A stretch of 64,000 nt of DNA from a virus. Taxonomy: Duplodnaviria > Caudoviricetes. Both the position numbers and the translations under genes were made by a program. Shown piece by piece: positions 27,915 to 37,085 of the stretch. The DNA lies in IMG/VR virus record IMGVR_UViG_3300033067_002128, positions 34,432-98,431 of that record; one strand, given 5' to 3'. Every line of letters begins with the position of its first letter. The first letter of the stretch is position 1. The notes under the pieces are model-generated. The model did not search any database. It had not been told where the DNA came from and saw only the letters and a list, made by a program, of their open reading frames with translations.

Positions 27915-29066
27915 ATGGGTAAATTAACATACAATACAAGACTAGTTTTTCAGAGCGATGCTGACAAAGATAAAATTGTCGAAATGCTCCAAAAACAGCG
28001 TTTTGCTTGGAATGAATGTTCTAAGGTTAAGTTTAATATCGCTAAAAACTCCATTGTCGAACTACATTCGGCATTTTATACTAAATTTAGGCAAAGTCAA
28101 CCAGAAATTCCTAGTCAAGTGGTAATTTCAGCCGAACAATCTGTTTTGTCCGCGTATCGTAGTATAAAATCAAATAAACAAAAGCTAGATAAGCCGCCCG
28201 AAAAGAAAAAATTAAGTATTCGTTTAGATAAAAGAACTTACTCATATAAAAATGGTATTTTTAGCATAATTAGTTTAGAAAAACGTGTCAAATGCTCCCT
28301 TTATATTTATCCTAAATTACAGGAATTAATTTCTAAATACCGTTTCTGTGACCCGCTTTTATTCGAGAAAAACGGAGAAGTTTGGATTTGTTTAACATTT
28401 AATATTCCAGAAGTTTTATCACAAAATAAGTTAGCGGTCGGGGTTGACGTTGGAATTTGTAATCTAGCGGCAACTAGCGAAGGGAATCTATACCAAGACA
28501 AGGCTTTTAACAGTAGAAAACGAAAACTACGCTTTAACAAACGTAAATTACAGTCTAAATCAAAAACTTCTAAATCTGCTAGGCGAAAACTAAAGAAGCT
28601 AAAACGCAAAGAACGGAACATAAATCAAAATTTTAGTCATCATTTAGCTAATAAAATAATTTCTAATACAAAAGCTGATACGATTGTATTGGAGAATCTT
28701 AAATCTATTAAGGTTAAAAAACATAAGTATCAAAATAAAAATAGAATTAGTCAAGTTCCAATGTTTGAACTAAGACGGATTCTTACCTATAAGGCACTCT
28801 TGTCTAATAAACAAGTGATAACGGTTAGTCCAGCATATACGAGTCAAATTGACCATCGCACAGGTAAATTGGATGGAAAACGTATTGGTGGTAGGTATAT
28901 CGGAAAAGATAATCAAATTTTACACGCTGACGTTAATGCGGCCTGTAATATTGGTTTACGTTCCAAACTCCCATGCTCAATAAGTAATTATTATGCGTGG
29001 CAGGCGAAAGTCAACTCGCCAATCATAGGCTTCGGTAGCTTACAAGCATCTATGGCTTTAGCCTAG
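27915..29066 (+). CDS. tnpB: RNA-guided endonuclease TnpB (IS200/IS605 family), no adjacent transposase
   Basis: RuvC motifs AVGVDVG, IVLENL, HADVNAACNI; YKA...VSPAYTSQ; Zn-finger Cys replaced (IDHRT, YIGKD). Confidence 0.9.
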   Translation: MGKLTYNTRLVFQSDADKDKIVEMLQKQRFAWNECSKVKFNIAKNSIVELHSAFYTKFRQSQPEIPSQVVISAEQSVLSAYRSIKSNKQKLDKPPEKKKLSIRLDKRTYSYKNGIFSIISLEKRVKCSLYIYPKLQELISKYRFCDPLLFEKNGEVWICLTFNIPEVLSQNKLAVGVDVGICNLAATSEGNLYQDKAFNSRKRKLRFNKRKLQSKSKTSKSARRKLKKLKRKERNINQNFSHHLANKIISNTKADTIVLENLKSIKVKKHKYQNKNRISQVPMFELRRILTYKALLSNKQVITVSPAYTSQIDHRTGKLDGKRIGGRYIGKDNQILHADVNAACNIGLRSKLPCSISNYYAWQAKVNSPIIGFGSLQASMALA

Positions 29067-29097
29067 ATGTTGTTGACATTTAGTTTGTGCTTCCAAA
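28995..29097 (+). ncRNA. putative TnpB omega/reRNA 3' scaffold, element right end and guide
   Basis: GTCAAC (29010) complementary to GTTGAC (29072); hairpin GCATCTA-TGGCTTTAGCC-TAGATGT; putative end TTGAC at 29073-29077 followed by flank; 5' boundary unknown. Confidence 0.55.
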
Positions 29098-29610
29098 TCC
29101 ACTATCCCCACGCTCTGTTTCTCCTACTTGTCCAACTACAAGATTTGGGATAAAAGATTGAGAAAACACCAATTGGGCGATCTTGTCTCCTTTCTTGTAA
29201 ATCTTTTCAAGATCAATCTCTGTGACATAATTCTCGTAGATGTATTCTGGTTCGGAATCCTTGATATATTTAAATTTTGTTACGTCTTTTGGCTGCCAAA
29301 GATAGTTGAATCTTACAAGAATCTTTCCTCTGTATCCATTGTCGATTACTCCGACAGAATTACAAAGCTGTAGGTTATATTTGGAAATTGAGGAACGGGG
29401 GAAAACCAAAGAAAAGAAATCTTTTGGCGGATCTATTTTTAAATCGACCTCGTATTCAATATAGTCGATTGATTCGTAATAAGGAGAATCTTCTCCCGTT
29501 TTTTCTCCAACAATTTTTGGGCCAGAAGATGCCACTAGGTCAAATCCGACATCGCCTTTTTTGGCTGGAAGAAGGATATTATTGAGGTTTGAACACGTTA
29601 CAGGGGACAT
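29080..29610 (-). CDS. dut: dUTPase (trimeric type)
   Basis: GDVGFDL, FPRSSISK, NSVGVIDNGYRG, GDKIAQLV, ERGDSGFGST motifs; start set at MSPVT, downstream of promoter. Confidence 0.95.
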   Translation of the reverse strand: MSPVTCSNLNNILLPAKKGDVGFDLVASSGPKIVGEKTGEDSPYYESIDYIEYEVDLKIDPPKDFFSLVFPRSSISKYNLQLCNSVGVIDNGYRGKILVRFNYLWQPKDVTKFKYIKDSEPEYIYENYVTEIDLEKIYKKGDKIAQLVFSQSFIPNLVVGQVGETERGDSGFGSTN

Positions 29611-29617
29611 TTGAGCC

Positions 29618-29645
29618 ATTATACTCAACGAGTTGAAGAAGTCAA
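29618..29645 (-). promoter_or_regulatory. sigma70-type promoter for dut
   Basis: Minus strand TTGACT-N16-TATAAT, 7 nt before ATG at 29610. Confidence 0.65.
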
Positions 29646-29668
29646 GAAAAATATTTTTGTGAATTTAC

Positions 29669-29696
29669 TTGACAAACTTGAAATCTGCATTATAAT
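29669..29696 (+). promoter_or_regulatory. consensus sigma70-type promoter
   Basis: TTGACA-N16-TATAAT. Confidence 0.7.
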
Positions 29697-29850
29697 ACGT
29701 GTAATTACACGTTTTACGTGTATTTCGGGGTTTACGTGGGATATGGGGTTTACGTGTATTTGATGGTTAAAGTGAGAATACATGGTTGACGTTAAGAAAG
29801 ATATTATTCGCTATCGCTCATAATATCTTAGAGAAAATCTGAAGATTTTC
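29696..29850. repeat. palindrome, 18-19 bp period direct repeats and two hairpins (candidate origin/regulatory locus)
   Basis: ACGTGTAATTACACGT palindrome 29697-29712; TACGTG at 29696, 29715, 29733, 29751; AAGATATTAT-N12-ATAATATCTT 29798-29829; GAAAATC-TGAA-GATTTTC 29833-29850. Confidence 0.75.
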
Positions 29851-29915
29851 ACTTTCTTAAATTTCTTCTTGCAAAGATAAGAGGTTTGTCTTAGCATGTG
29901 TAAAGCAACAAGCGT

Positions 29916-32900
29916 ATGGAAACAAAAGTTCAAGAATATAATGAGGCTCAGTGTTTTTCGGAGATTTTAACAAAGGATTTTTTAACACCCTACCTTTTTA
30001 AAAACCCGAAATGGGGTTTCAACGGTTTAGGTTATATAGTATTCAAAAGAACATATTCCAGAAAGATTTGTGATGGTGTCAGCGAGGAATGGTGGCAGAC
30101 TGTAGCAAGGTGTATCAATGGCGCACAAAAAATTGGAGCAAAATACACCAGAGAAGAAGCAGAACGACTTTTCGATCTTGTTTTCAATTTAAAATGTAAT
30201 TTTGCTGGGCGAATGTTGTGGCAACTTGGCACATCTACTGTAGATAGATTCGGGCTGGCCAGCCTTTTGAATTGTTTTTCTTGGGATACCGAAATTGTAA
30301 CGGAAGATGGCATTAAACGAATAGGCGATCTTAATGGACAAACAGTATCGCTAATGTCTAGGAATGGGAAATACATTAAGTCTGAGATTAAAAGTTTTGG
30401 CCAACAAAAAATTTGGGAATTAAAACTTTCCAGAGGAAAATCTAAAAAAACCGTTCACACAACAGAGAATCATAGGTGGTTCCGTAGGGCTTATAGAAAC
30501 GGCGAAGAGAGAAATAACGCCAACAAAAAAGAGATTCTTACTAAAGATTTGAAAATTGGAGATAAGCTAGTCTCAACATTTGGGCAATCAATTAAAAATA
30601 TAAAACCTTCACCCTACGGGATTATTGCAGGTATTGTTTTTGGAGACGGGTCTGTTTGTAGCAACATAGCTCAAGTTAGATTGTGCGGAGCAAAAGATGC
30701 TCAATTATTGAAGTATTTCCATAATCCTAAAATTTACCCCTACGAAGGAGACGTTATTGTTACTGGCCTTCCAAAATATTTTAAAGAAAAACCTAGCCTT
30801 GATATGGATAAGGGGTATTTGTATGGGTGGCTTGCTGGATATTTTGCCGCAGACGGCTCTGTAAAGAAAGGAGGACAAATTAGACTTTCTTCGGCTGACA
30901 AAGGAAATTTAATGTTTGTCCGTGATGTTTTAGTTAAATTAGGAATAGCTTATAGCCCAATCATAAGCCAAAATAGAATTGGAATTGGGCAGACAGAAGC
31001 CTCCACCTTATATTCAATTAATATAAATGGCTCTGATTTAACATCTGACTTCTTTTTGATCGAATCTCATCAAAACCGATTTAACGAATGCAAATACAAA
31101 AACGCTCAAGATTGGACGGTAGAATCTGTTAAAAATACAGACAGAAGTGAAGAAGTATATTGTGCAGTAGTTCCTGAAGTCCATGAGTTCGTTTTGGAGG
31201 GAAATATTTTAACTGGAAACTGCTGGTATGTTTCCATGCGAGAGATTGAGGACTTCTGTTTTGTATTTGAGCATCTAATGCTTGGCGGCGGCGTTGGCTT
31301 TTCTGTAAGGAGAGAAGATATTCACGAACTCCCGCGAGTTAAAAAAGGAGTGTCCATCACTCACAACAAAGAAAAAGATGCTGATTTTATTGTTCCCGAT
31401 TCCAGACAAGGGTGGGTGGAACTACTGAGGAAGGTAATGCAATCCTTTTTTGAGACAGGAAAATCATTTTCATATTCAACAATTCTTGTAAGAGGTTCTG
31501 GAGAACCCATAAAAGGATTTGGTGGAACTGCAAGTGGTCCCCAAATTCTTGTGGAAGGTCTGGAATCAATATGTGGTGTTTTGAGAAATAGAGAGGGGAA
31601 AAAACTACGCTCTATTGATGTATTGGACATCAACAACATCATTGGAGATATAGTTGTTGCGGGAAATGTTAGAAGAAGCGCTGAAATTGCTATTGGTGAT
31701 CCAGATGATTATCTTTATCTTCGCGCTAAAAATTGGAGCAATGGAAATATTCCTAATTGGCGCGGAAAGTCGAATAACAGTATTGAGGCAGACACCTTCA
31801 AGCATATCAGCGACGAAATTTGGGATAATGGTTATATTCTTGATCCGAAAACAGACATGGCAAAAGGGGAGCCTTATGGCTTTATCAATATGAAGCTTTG
31901 TCAAAAATACGGAAGAATTGGAGAAGAAAAGAAGGATAATTGCGAGGGAGTTAATCCTTCGATGCCCGCAGGAGTTCTTGTAGCAACAACAAAAGGTATT
32001 TTTGAAATTCAAGATCTAGTTGATCAAGAGTTTTTTGTTAAGTCTATGGATGGCACGTTTGCCAAGGCCAAATGTTTCTACAGCGGAAATAAACCTATCT
32101 ACAGAATCAATCTAGGAAAACACCAAAACACCTTTTCTACCAAGGAACACAAGTGGCCTGTTCTTAGAGATAATAAAATTCAAAAGGTAGAAGCGTCTGA
32201 TCTTAAAATCGGAGATTTGATTCCATTAAATCTAAACGAAGAGATTGGCATTGCTGGCAATACCAATTTGACTTATGATGAGGGATTTTTAATCGGGACA
32301 ATTCTCGGAGACGGGTGGATTAGCAAAAGATCCACTAGCGAGAAATATTCTGCTGGTATTTGTTTTTCTCTCCAAGAAAGAGAGCGAGCAGAAAAGGTTT
32401 TAAAAATAGTTAATTCATTAAAACCCAATCCATCTTCTATTTCGGTTGAGGAAGGCGGTCTCGTAATTCAATTCACAGACAAACAATTTATTGAAAAGTT
32501 ACTAAATTATTACGGAATTCCGCTTTCTATTGAAAAAGACATCCCATCTTCTATCTGGAAATCTAATGATATTTATATTAAAGGTTTTGTTGACGGTTTT
32601 CTTTCTGCGGACGGAAACGTAGAAACAAACAAGTCGATATGCCTAACAACTTCTAGGAAAAATCTCGCTGTTAATTTTTCCAAACTAATGTCTTTCTACG
32701 GAATTCCCACATCAATTTATGGAAGAGACGTTTCTGGATCGTTTCCAAACAAGAAAGATTATAAAAAAACCTATTCGTCATGGAGAGTGAAAATATCTGT
32801 AGGAAATATTAAAAAGTTTAATAAATTGTTTTCATTGTCTGAAAACAGCAAACAAGAGGGGATTGAGTCATCTCTTGCGGCATCCGCAAAATGCGCCAAT

Positions 32901-33911
32901 AGAAAAGAATTATCTTATGCCGTTGTTAAAGACATTGAATTGCAAGCCTCGGAAGACGTTTGGGATATAACGGTATATCACGAACAACACGTTTTCCCCT
33001 CTCAATATTGCTTTACAGGCAATTGCGCCGAAATTACTCTTGCAGATGGAGAAGCATGTAATCTTTCAGAACTTTATCTCAACAATATAACCTCAAAAGA
33101 AGAACTGATCGAATGTGCCAGACTTCTTTATAAAACTCAGAAAGCAGTCTGGAATTTGCCCGCCCTTTACGAAAAGACAGACAAAATTGTAAAAAAGAAC
33201 AGAAGAATCGGCCTTGGAGTTACTGGCGTTTGTCAGTCTTTTGAGAAGCTTGATTGGCTTGACGAGTGCTACAACGAATTAAAAAAATTCGACCAAGCTT
33301 GGAGTAAAGAACTCGGTATTCCTGAGAGCATTAAATTAACAACCGTCAAACCATCTGGAACGCTTTCCTTGTTGGGTGGCGCTACCGCAGGGGTTCATCC
33401 AGCCTATTCTCGATTTTTTATTCGAAGAGTAAGGATGGCGAGTTCCGATCCGCTGATTAAGCTTTGCAGGGAGGCGGGATACAAGACCGAATATGTGCGC
33501 CGATTTGACGGTAGCGAGGATTATGGGACCACGGTGGTCGAATTCCCATGTCAGTTCGAAGAAAGCACTATTACTGCCGATAAGATGGGCGCTGTTGACC
33601 AATTGGAACTTACAAAGAAACTCCAGAAAATTTGGGCCGACAATTCTGTTTCTGTGACTGTTTATTATCAGCCAGAAGAGCTGGATGCCATCAAGGCTTG
33701 GATGAGCGATAATTATGAGAAAAATATGAAGACTCTCAGTTTTCTCATGCACTCCAAACATGGCTTTGTTCAAGCGCCATTGGAAGAAATTTCGGAAGAG
33801 GAATACCATAAGCAAATTAAAAAGGTCAAACCGATTGAAGCCATGTTTGATGTGGGCTCCGAAATTCTTGAAGGCGTAGAATGCGAATCTGGCGCTTGCC
33901 CACTGCGATGA
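29916..33911 (+). CDS. nrdJ: class II (B12-dependent) ribonucleotide reductase with two inteins
   Basis: KRTYSR, AGRMLWQLG, LN/CW, GNVRRSAEI, NP/CAE, TTVKPSGT, C-terminal CESGACP; about 660 aa after splicing. Confidence 0.95.
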   Translation: METKVQEYNEAQCFSEILTKDFLTPYLFKNPKWGFNGLGYIVFKRTYSRKICDGVSEEWWQTVARCINGAQKIGAKYTREEAERLFDLVFNLKCNFAGRMLWQLGTSTVDRFGLASLLNCFSWDTEIVTEDGIKRIGDLNGQTVSLMSRNGKYIKSEIKSFGQQKIWELKLSRGKSKKTVHTTENHRWFRRAYRNGEERNNANKKEILTKDLKIGDKLVSTFGQSIKNIKPSPYGIIAGIVFGDGSVCSNIAQVRLCGAKDAQLLKYFHNPKIYPYEGDVIVTGLPKYFKEKPSLDMDKGYLYGWLAGYFAADGSVKKGGQIRLSSADKGNLMFVRDVLVKLGIAYSPIISQNRIGIGQTEASTLYSININGSDLTSDFFLIESHQNRFNECKYKNAQDWTVESVKNTDRSEEVYCAVVPEVHEFVLEGNILTGNCWYVSMREIEDFCFVFEHLMLGGGVGFSVRREDIHELPRVKKGVSITHNKEKDADFIVPDSRQGWVELLRKVMQSFFETGKSFSYSTILVRGSGEPIKGFGGTASGPQILVEGLESICGVLRNREGKKLRSIDVLDINNIIGDIVVAGNVRRSAEIAIGDPDDYLYLRAKNWSNGNIPNWRGKSNNSIEADTFKHISDEIWDNGYILDPKTDMAKGEPYGFINMKLCQKYGRIGEEKKDNCEGVNPSMPAGVLVATTKGIFEIQDLVDQEFFVKSMDGTFAKAKCFYSGNKPIYRINLGKHQNTFSTKEHKWPVLRDNKIQKVEASDLKIGDLIPLNLNEEIGIAGNTNLTYDEGFLIGTILGDGWISKRSTSEKYSAGICFSLQERERAEKVLKIVNSLKPNPSSISVEEGGLVIQFTDKQFIEKLLNYYGIPLSIEKDIPSSIWKSNDIYIKGFVDGFLSADGNVETNKSICLTTSRKNLAVNFSKLMSFYGIPTSIYGRDVSGSFPNKKDYKKTYSSWRVKISVGNIKKFNKLFSLSENSKQEGIESSLAASAKCANRKELSYAVVKDIELQASEDVWDITVYHEQHVFPSQYCFTGNCAEITLADGEACNLSELYLNNITSKEELIECARLLYKTQKAVWNLPALYEKTDKIVKKNRRIGLGVTGVCQSFEKLDWLDECYNELKKFDQAWSKELGIPESIKLTTVKPSGTLSLLGGATAGVHPAYSRFFIRRVRMASSDPLIKLCREAGYKTEYVRRFDGSEDYGTTVVEFPCQFEESTITADKMGAVDQLELTKKLQKIWADNSVSVTVYYQPEELDAIKAWMSDNYEKNMKTLSFLMHSKHGFVQAPLEEISEEEYHKQIKKVKPIEAMFDVGSEILEGVECESGACPLR
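30273..31220 (+). mobile_element. intein 1 in NrdJ (316 aa) with LAGLIDADG endonuclease
   Basis: CFSWDTEIVT...TTENHRW...IAGIVFGDG...LAGYFAADG...VYCAVVPEVHEFVLEGNILTGN followed by Cys. Confidence 0.9.
31959..33023 (+). mobile_element. intein 2 in NrdJ (355 aa, Ser1) with LAGLIDADG endonuclease
   Basis: NP|SMPAGVLVAT...STKEHKW...IGTILGDG...VDGFLSADG...VWDITV...FTGN|CAE, at the catalytic Cys. Confidence 0.9.
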
Positions 33912-34096
33912 TTACCCATTGTATCTGTCATAATTTGCCTTTTCTTCTTATTTTGGAAATGGCCAAGAACAAGAACCTAAAAAACATAGAAGAAATAAAA
34001 AAAGAAGGCATTTGCAATAAATGTTGTCTATGCAACAAATATGTGGAGAGGATGTTGAGGACGGGAGAGACGAAATTTAGTGTTGACGTTTTTTAG
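33908..34096 (+). CDS. BFD-like [2Fe-2S]-binding small protein
   Basis: MITHCICHN...ICNKCCLC; ATGA-coupled to nrdJ. Confidence 0.6.
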   Translation: MITHCICHNLPFLLILEMAKNKNLKNIEEIKKEGICNKCCLCNKYVERMLRTGETKFSVDVF

Positions 34097-34110
34097 TTTT
34101 TAGATAAACT
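34083..34110 (+). promoter_or_regulatory. sigma70-type promoter for glycan cluster
   Basis: TTGACG-N16-TAAACT, 7 nt before GTG at 34118. Confidence 0.5.
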
Positions 34111-34117
34111 AGTTCTA

Positions 34118-34828
34118 GTGAGGATTACTGTCATTACTTCTGTTTTTAATTCTTCTTACTTTATTGGTCATTTTCTTGACGATATAAGAAGGCAAACTAT
34201 TTTTGAAGATTGTGAATTCTTTTTTCTCGATGCGGGAGGGAATGATGGAAGCAGGCTAGAAATATTAAAATTAGCTCAATTTTACCCAAATATCCAATAT
34301 TTTAACATTGGCCCGAAAAACATTTATGAGACTTGGAATCTAGGAGTCGTTCTCTCTAAGACAAAATATTTAACAAATTGGAATACGGATGACCGTCGAT
34401 TGCCAGATTCTTTAGAAAAACAAGTAAAGTTTTTAGACGAAAATCCAGATATTGATTTATGTTATGGCCAAACTTTGTGGGTTGACACTCCGAATCTCAT
34501 AGTAGAAGAAAGCCCGCAAGAGAATAAAACACCTTGTTTTAATGCCACACTTGAAACAATGCTTCAATTTAATTCTCCTCACTGTCTTCCTGTTTGGAGA
34601 AAATCCCTTCATGAGAAGCATGGATTATTTGACGATAAATTTTTCTCTGCTGGAGATTATGAAATGTGGATGCGGGCGCTTAATCGCGGATCGAAATTTG
34701 GGAAACTGGACGAAGTAGTGGGTTCTTATTATAGGAACCCAAAAGGAATAAGTTCCAACCCCGAAACTTTGAATAAGGCTGTGGAAGAAGTGATGAAAAT
34801 AAGAGAATTTTATGGAAACAAAACCTAA
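34118..34828 (+). CDS. glycosyltransferase family 2
   Basis: ITVITSVFN, IYETWNLGV, NWNTDD, AGDYEMWMR. Confidence 0.85.
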   Translation: MRITVITSVFNSSYFIGHFLDDIRRQTIFEDCEFFFLDAGGNDGSRLEILKLAQFYPNIQYFNIGPKNIYETWNLGVVLSKTKYLTNWNTDDRRLPDSLEKQVKFLDENPDIDLCYGQTLWVDTPNLIVEESPQENKTPCFNATLETMLQFNSPHCLPVWRKSLHEKHGLFDDKFFSAGDYEMWMRALNRGSKFGKLDEVVGSYYRNPKGISSNPETLNKAVEEVMKIREFYGNKT

Positions 34829-35630
34829 ACTAACTTTGGCCTGCTCTGTTACAGAGTCTCACCTGAAAGAATTCCTCCTTCTTAAATTCTCTGCGGAACT
34901 ATTTCACGAATGCGAGTGGTTTCTTTCCTGTGACTGTTTTTGCTATGAGTTCTTTAAAAAAGAACAATACAATAATTGTTTATGTCAAAACCTAGACCTA
35001 CAAAACGGCAAAGTCTTTGGCAACGAACAAGAAATTAGCAACTTTTATGGGGTAATTGATGGTAAATTTAGGGCCGTAGAGGCGGGAATTAAGGCCAGAG
35101 CGGGGTGTTTATTAGTAGATTCAGATATCATCTTTACAGCCCCGTTTATTGGATCTACGAATATTTATAATGCAGACGCGGTTCTTTCTCCCCACTACCA
35201 ATGGAATTCTGAAATGGACAAAGCTTGGGGTTTTTATAATGTTGGATTTGTTTACATTTGGAGTCTTGACTTTTTGAAGGCGTGGGAGGAAGAAACAAAA
35301 AACGGAAGACACCAATTTGAGCAAGTGCCAATTGAGGTGGTAGCTAGGACAGAAAAATTTCGCTTAACCATATTCCCAATTGGAGAAAATATGGGTTGGT
35401 GGAGATTCAATAATGAATTCTCAAAACATAGGTTTTTGTCCTTCGGGAATATCGGAGATTGTATTCTTTTTGATGGAAATCAGGTTGGTAGTTTCCACTT
35501 CCACACGTTTGTCCCTTGCCGTCATAGCGAAAAATTTAAACAATATATTTTTATGATTTTCGCCCATACAGAATCGGGAAGAAAAATTTTAGGAGAATAT
35601 AACAGATTAAAATCATGGTCGGCTCATTAA
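34812..35630 (+). CDS. putative GT-A fold nucleotide-sugar transferase
   Basis: LLVDSDIIF DxD motif, LSPH, FYNVGFV, FEQ, FHFH. Confidence 0.65.
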   Translation: METKPKLTLACSVTESHLKEFLLLKFSAELFHECEWFLSCDCFCYEFFKKEQYNNCLCQNLDLQNGKVFGNEQEISNFYGVIDGKFRAVEAGIKARAGCLLVDSDIIFTAPFIGSTNIYNADAVLSPHYQWNSEMDKAWGFYNVGFVYIWSLDFLKAWEEETKNGRHQFEQVPIEVVARTEKFRLTIFPIGENMGWWRFNNEFSKHRFLSFGNIGDCILFDGNQVGSFHFHTFVPCRHSEKFKQYIFMIFAHTESGRKILGEYNRLKSWSAH

Positions 35631-36229
35631 CACACATATTTGACAAATCCAAACCAAAATGCAAGGGCATAATCCATGTCGGAGGCCATTTTGGTCAAGA
35701 GATTCCTTTTTATTTAGAAAAGATAACAAGAAACGTTATTGTTTATGAACCTCTTGACGCTACATTCAAAACTTTGTTTAACTCCTTTGGATATTCAGTT
35801 GAATGTCGTCAAAAAGCGGTTGGCAACTTCAATGGAGAAGTTGAACTCAATGTTGAAGAGGCAAATGCTGGGCAATCATCTTCTGTTTTGAAACCAAAGG
35901 CTCATTTGGAACAATATCCCCAAATTGTTTTTACAAAGACAGAGAAGGTTCCTATTGTTACTCTTGACTCAGATATCGAGAATCCAGAAAAATTCAATGT
36001 TTTGGCGGTTGATGTGCAAGGATACGAACTGGAAGTATTCAAAGGTGCAGAACAACTTTTAAAGAACCATATAGAGTATATTCTATGTGAAGTCAATTGT
36101 GCCGAAATGTATGAAAATTGCGCACAGATTGGCGACATTGACGAATACTTGGGGACTCTTGAGTTCAAGAGAATTTTAACAAGTTGGGACGGGGGTAATT
36201 GGGGAGACGCCTTATATGCAAGACTTTGA
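35615..36229 (+). CDS. FkbM family methyltransferase
   Basis: IIHVGGHFGQE, YEP, SSSVL, VDVQGYELEVFKG, WGDALY. Confidence 0.9.
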   Translation: MVGSLTHIFDKSKPKCKGIIHVGGHFGQEIPFYLEKITRNVIVYEPLDATFKTLFNSFGYSVECRQKAVGNFNGEVELNVEEANAGQSSSVLKPKAHLEQYPQIVFTKTEKVPIVTLDSDIENPEKFNVLAVDVQGYELEVFKGAEQLLKNHIEYILCEVNCAEMYENCAQIGDIDEYLGTLEFKRILTSWDGGNWGDALYARL

Positions 36230-37085
36230 TCCATATCAAGTAGAACTTTTCAAAAGATTTGAGAGATTCAGACCGCCTTATAACGGCCCAGCCTATCCTC
36301 CTTATCATAAAGGGCCATATCTTGAAGAATATTTCTTTCAGGATTTCTTGTTAAGAGAAAAGAAGGTCGAGCAGTTTTTTATTCCTATCTTTTGGACAAA
36401 TTGTTACCTTTCGGGAACAATTGATGGCTTGCAGGAAGAATTGAACAAACTTGATCCCGAGCTTGAATATTTTTGCGTCGCTCAACACGACGATGCGATC
36501 ATGGAAATACTTCCTCCTAAAACAGCCTGCTTTAATGCTGGAGGGAATAAAGATGGAATTCCAATTCCTCTTGTTTGTTCTAAAGTCCCAAATTTTATTC
36601 TTCCAAAATTCGAAGACAAAAAAATATTTTGTTCGTTTGTTGGCTCGATGACGCACCCCATTAGGTCGAAGATGTTGGCCGAGCTTCATGATAAAGCTGG
36701 GTTTTCCATTCATACCAAAAACTGGAACCAAAAAATAGAAGACGATCTTTGCTTATTTTTTTTAGAAAAAACTTGCGAAAGCATATTTTCTCTTTGCCCG
36801 CGTGGATATGGAGCTTCTTCTTTTAGATTTTATGAGACTCTTCAATTAGGTTCCGTCCCTATTTTTATTTATGACAAACCGTGGTTTCCTTATGAGGATT
36901 ATATTAATTGGGACTTGTTTTCCATTCGGGTCCACGAATCAGAGATAAAAAAAATTCCTGACATTTTAGTAGAAAAAACTCCATTTGCCCCCAAAATGAT
37001 TGAGCGAGGAAGAGAGGCTTACGCTAGATTTTTTTCTCTCTTTGCTCTTCCAGATCAAATTTACAGAATTTTAAATAATCGGTGA
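36216..37085 (+). CDS. exostosin family (GT47-like) glycosyltransferase
   Basis: FCSFVGS, SIFSLCPRGYGASSFRFYETLQLGSVPIFI...PYEDYINW. Confidence 0.85.
   Translation: MQDFDPYQVELFKRFERFRPPYNGPAYPPYHKGPYLEEYFFQDFLLREKKVEQFFIPIFWTNCYLSGTIDGLQEELNKLDPELEYFCVAQHDDAIMEILPPKTACFNAGGNKDGIPIPLVCSKVPNFILPKFEDKKIFCSFVGSMTHPIRSKMLAELHDKAGFSIHTKNWNQKIEDDLCLFFLEKTCESIFSLCPRGYGASSFRFYETLQLGSVPIFIYDKPWFPYEDYINWDLFSIRVHESEIKKIPDILVEKTPFAPKMIERGREAYARFFSLFALPDQIYRILNNR

Noticed and set aside
29696-29915. Cobalamin riboswitch, NrdR box, tRNA or mini-CRISPR upstream of nrdJ
   Set aside because: No B12-box, NrdR consensus or cloverleaf recognised; repeats are too short and closely spaced for CRISPR.
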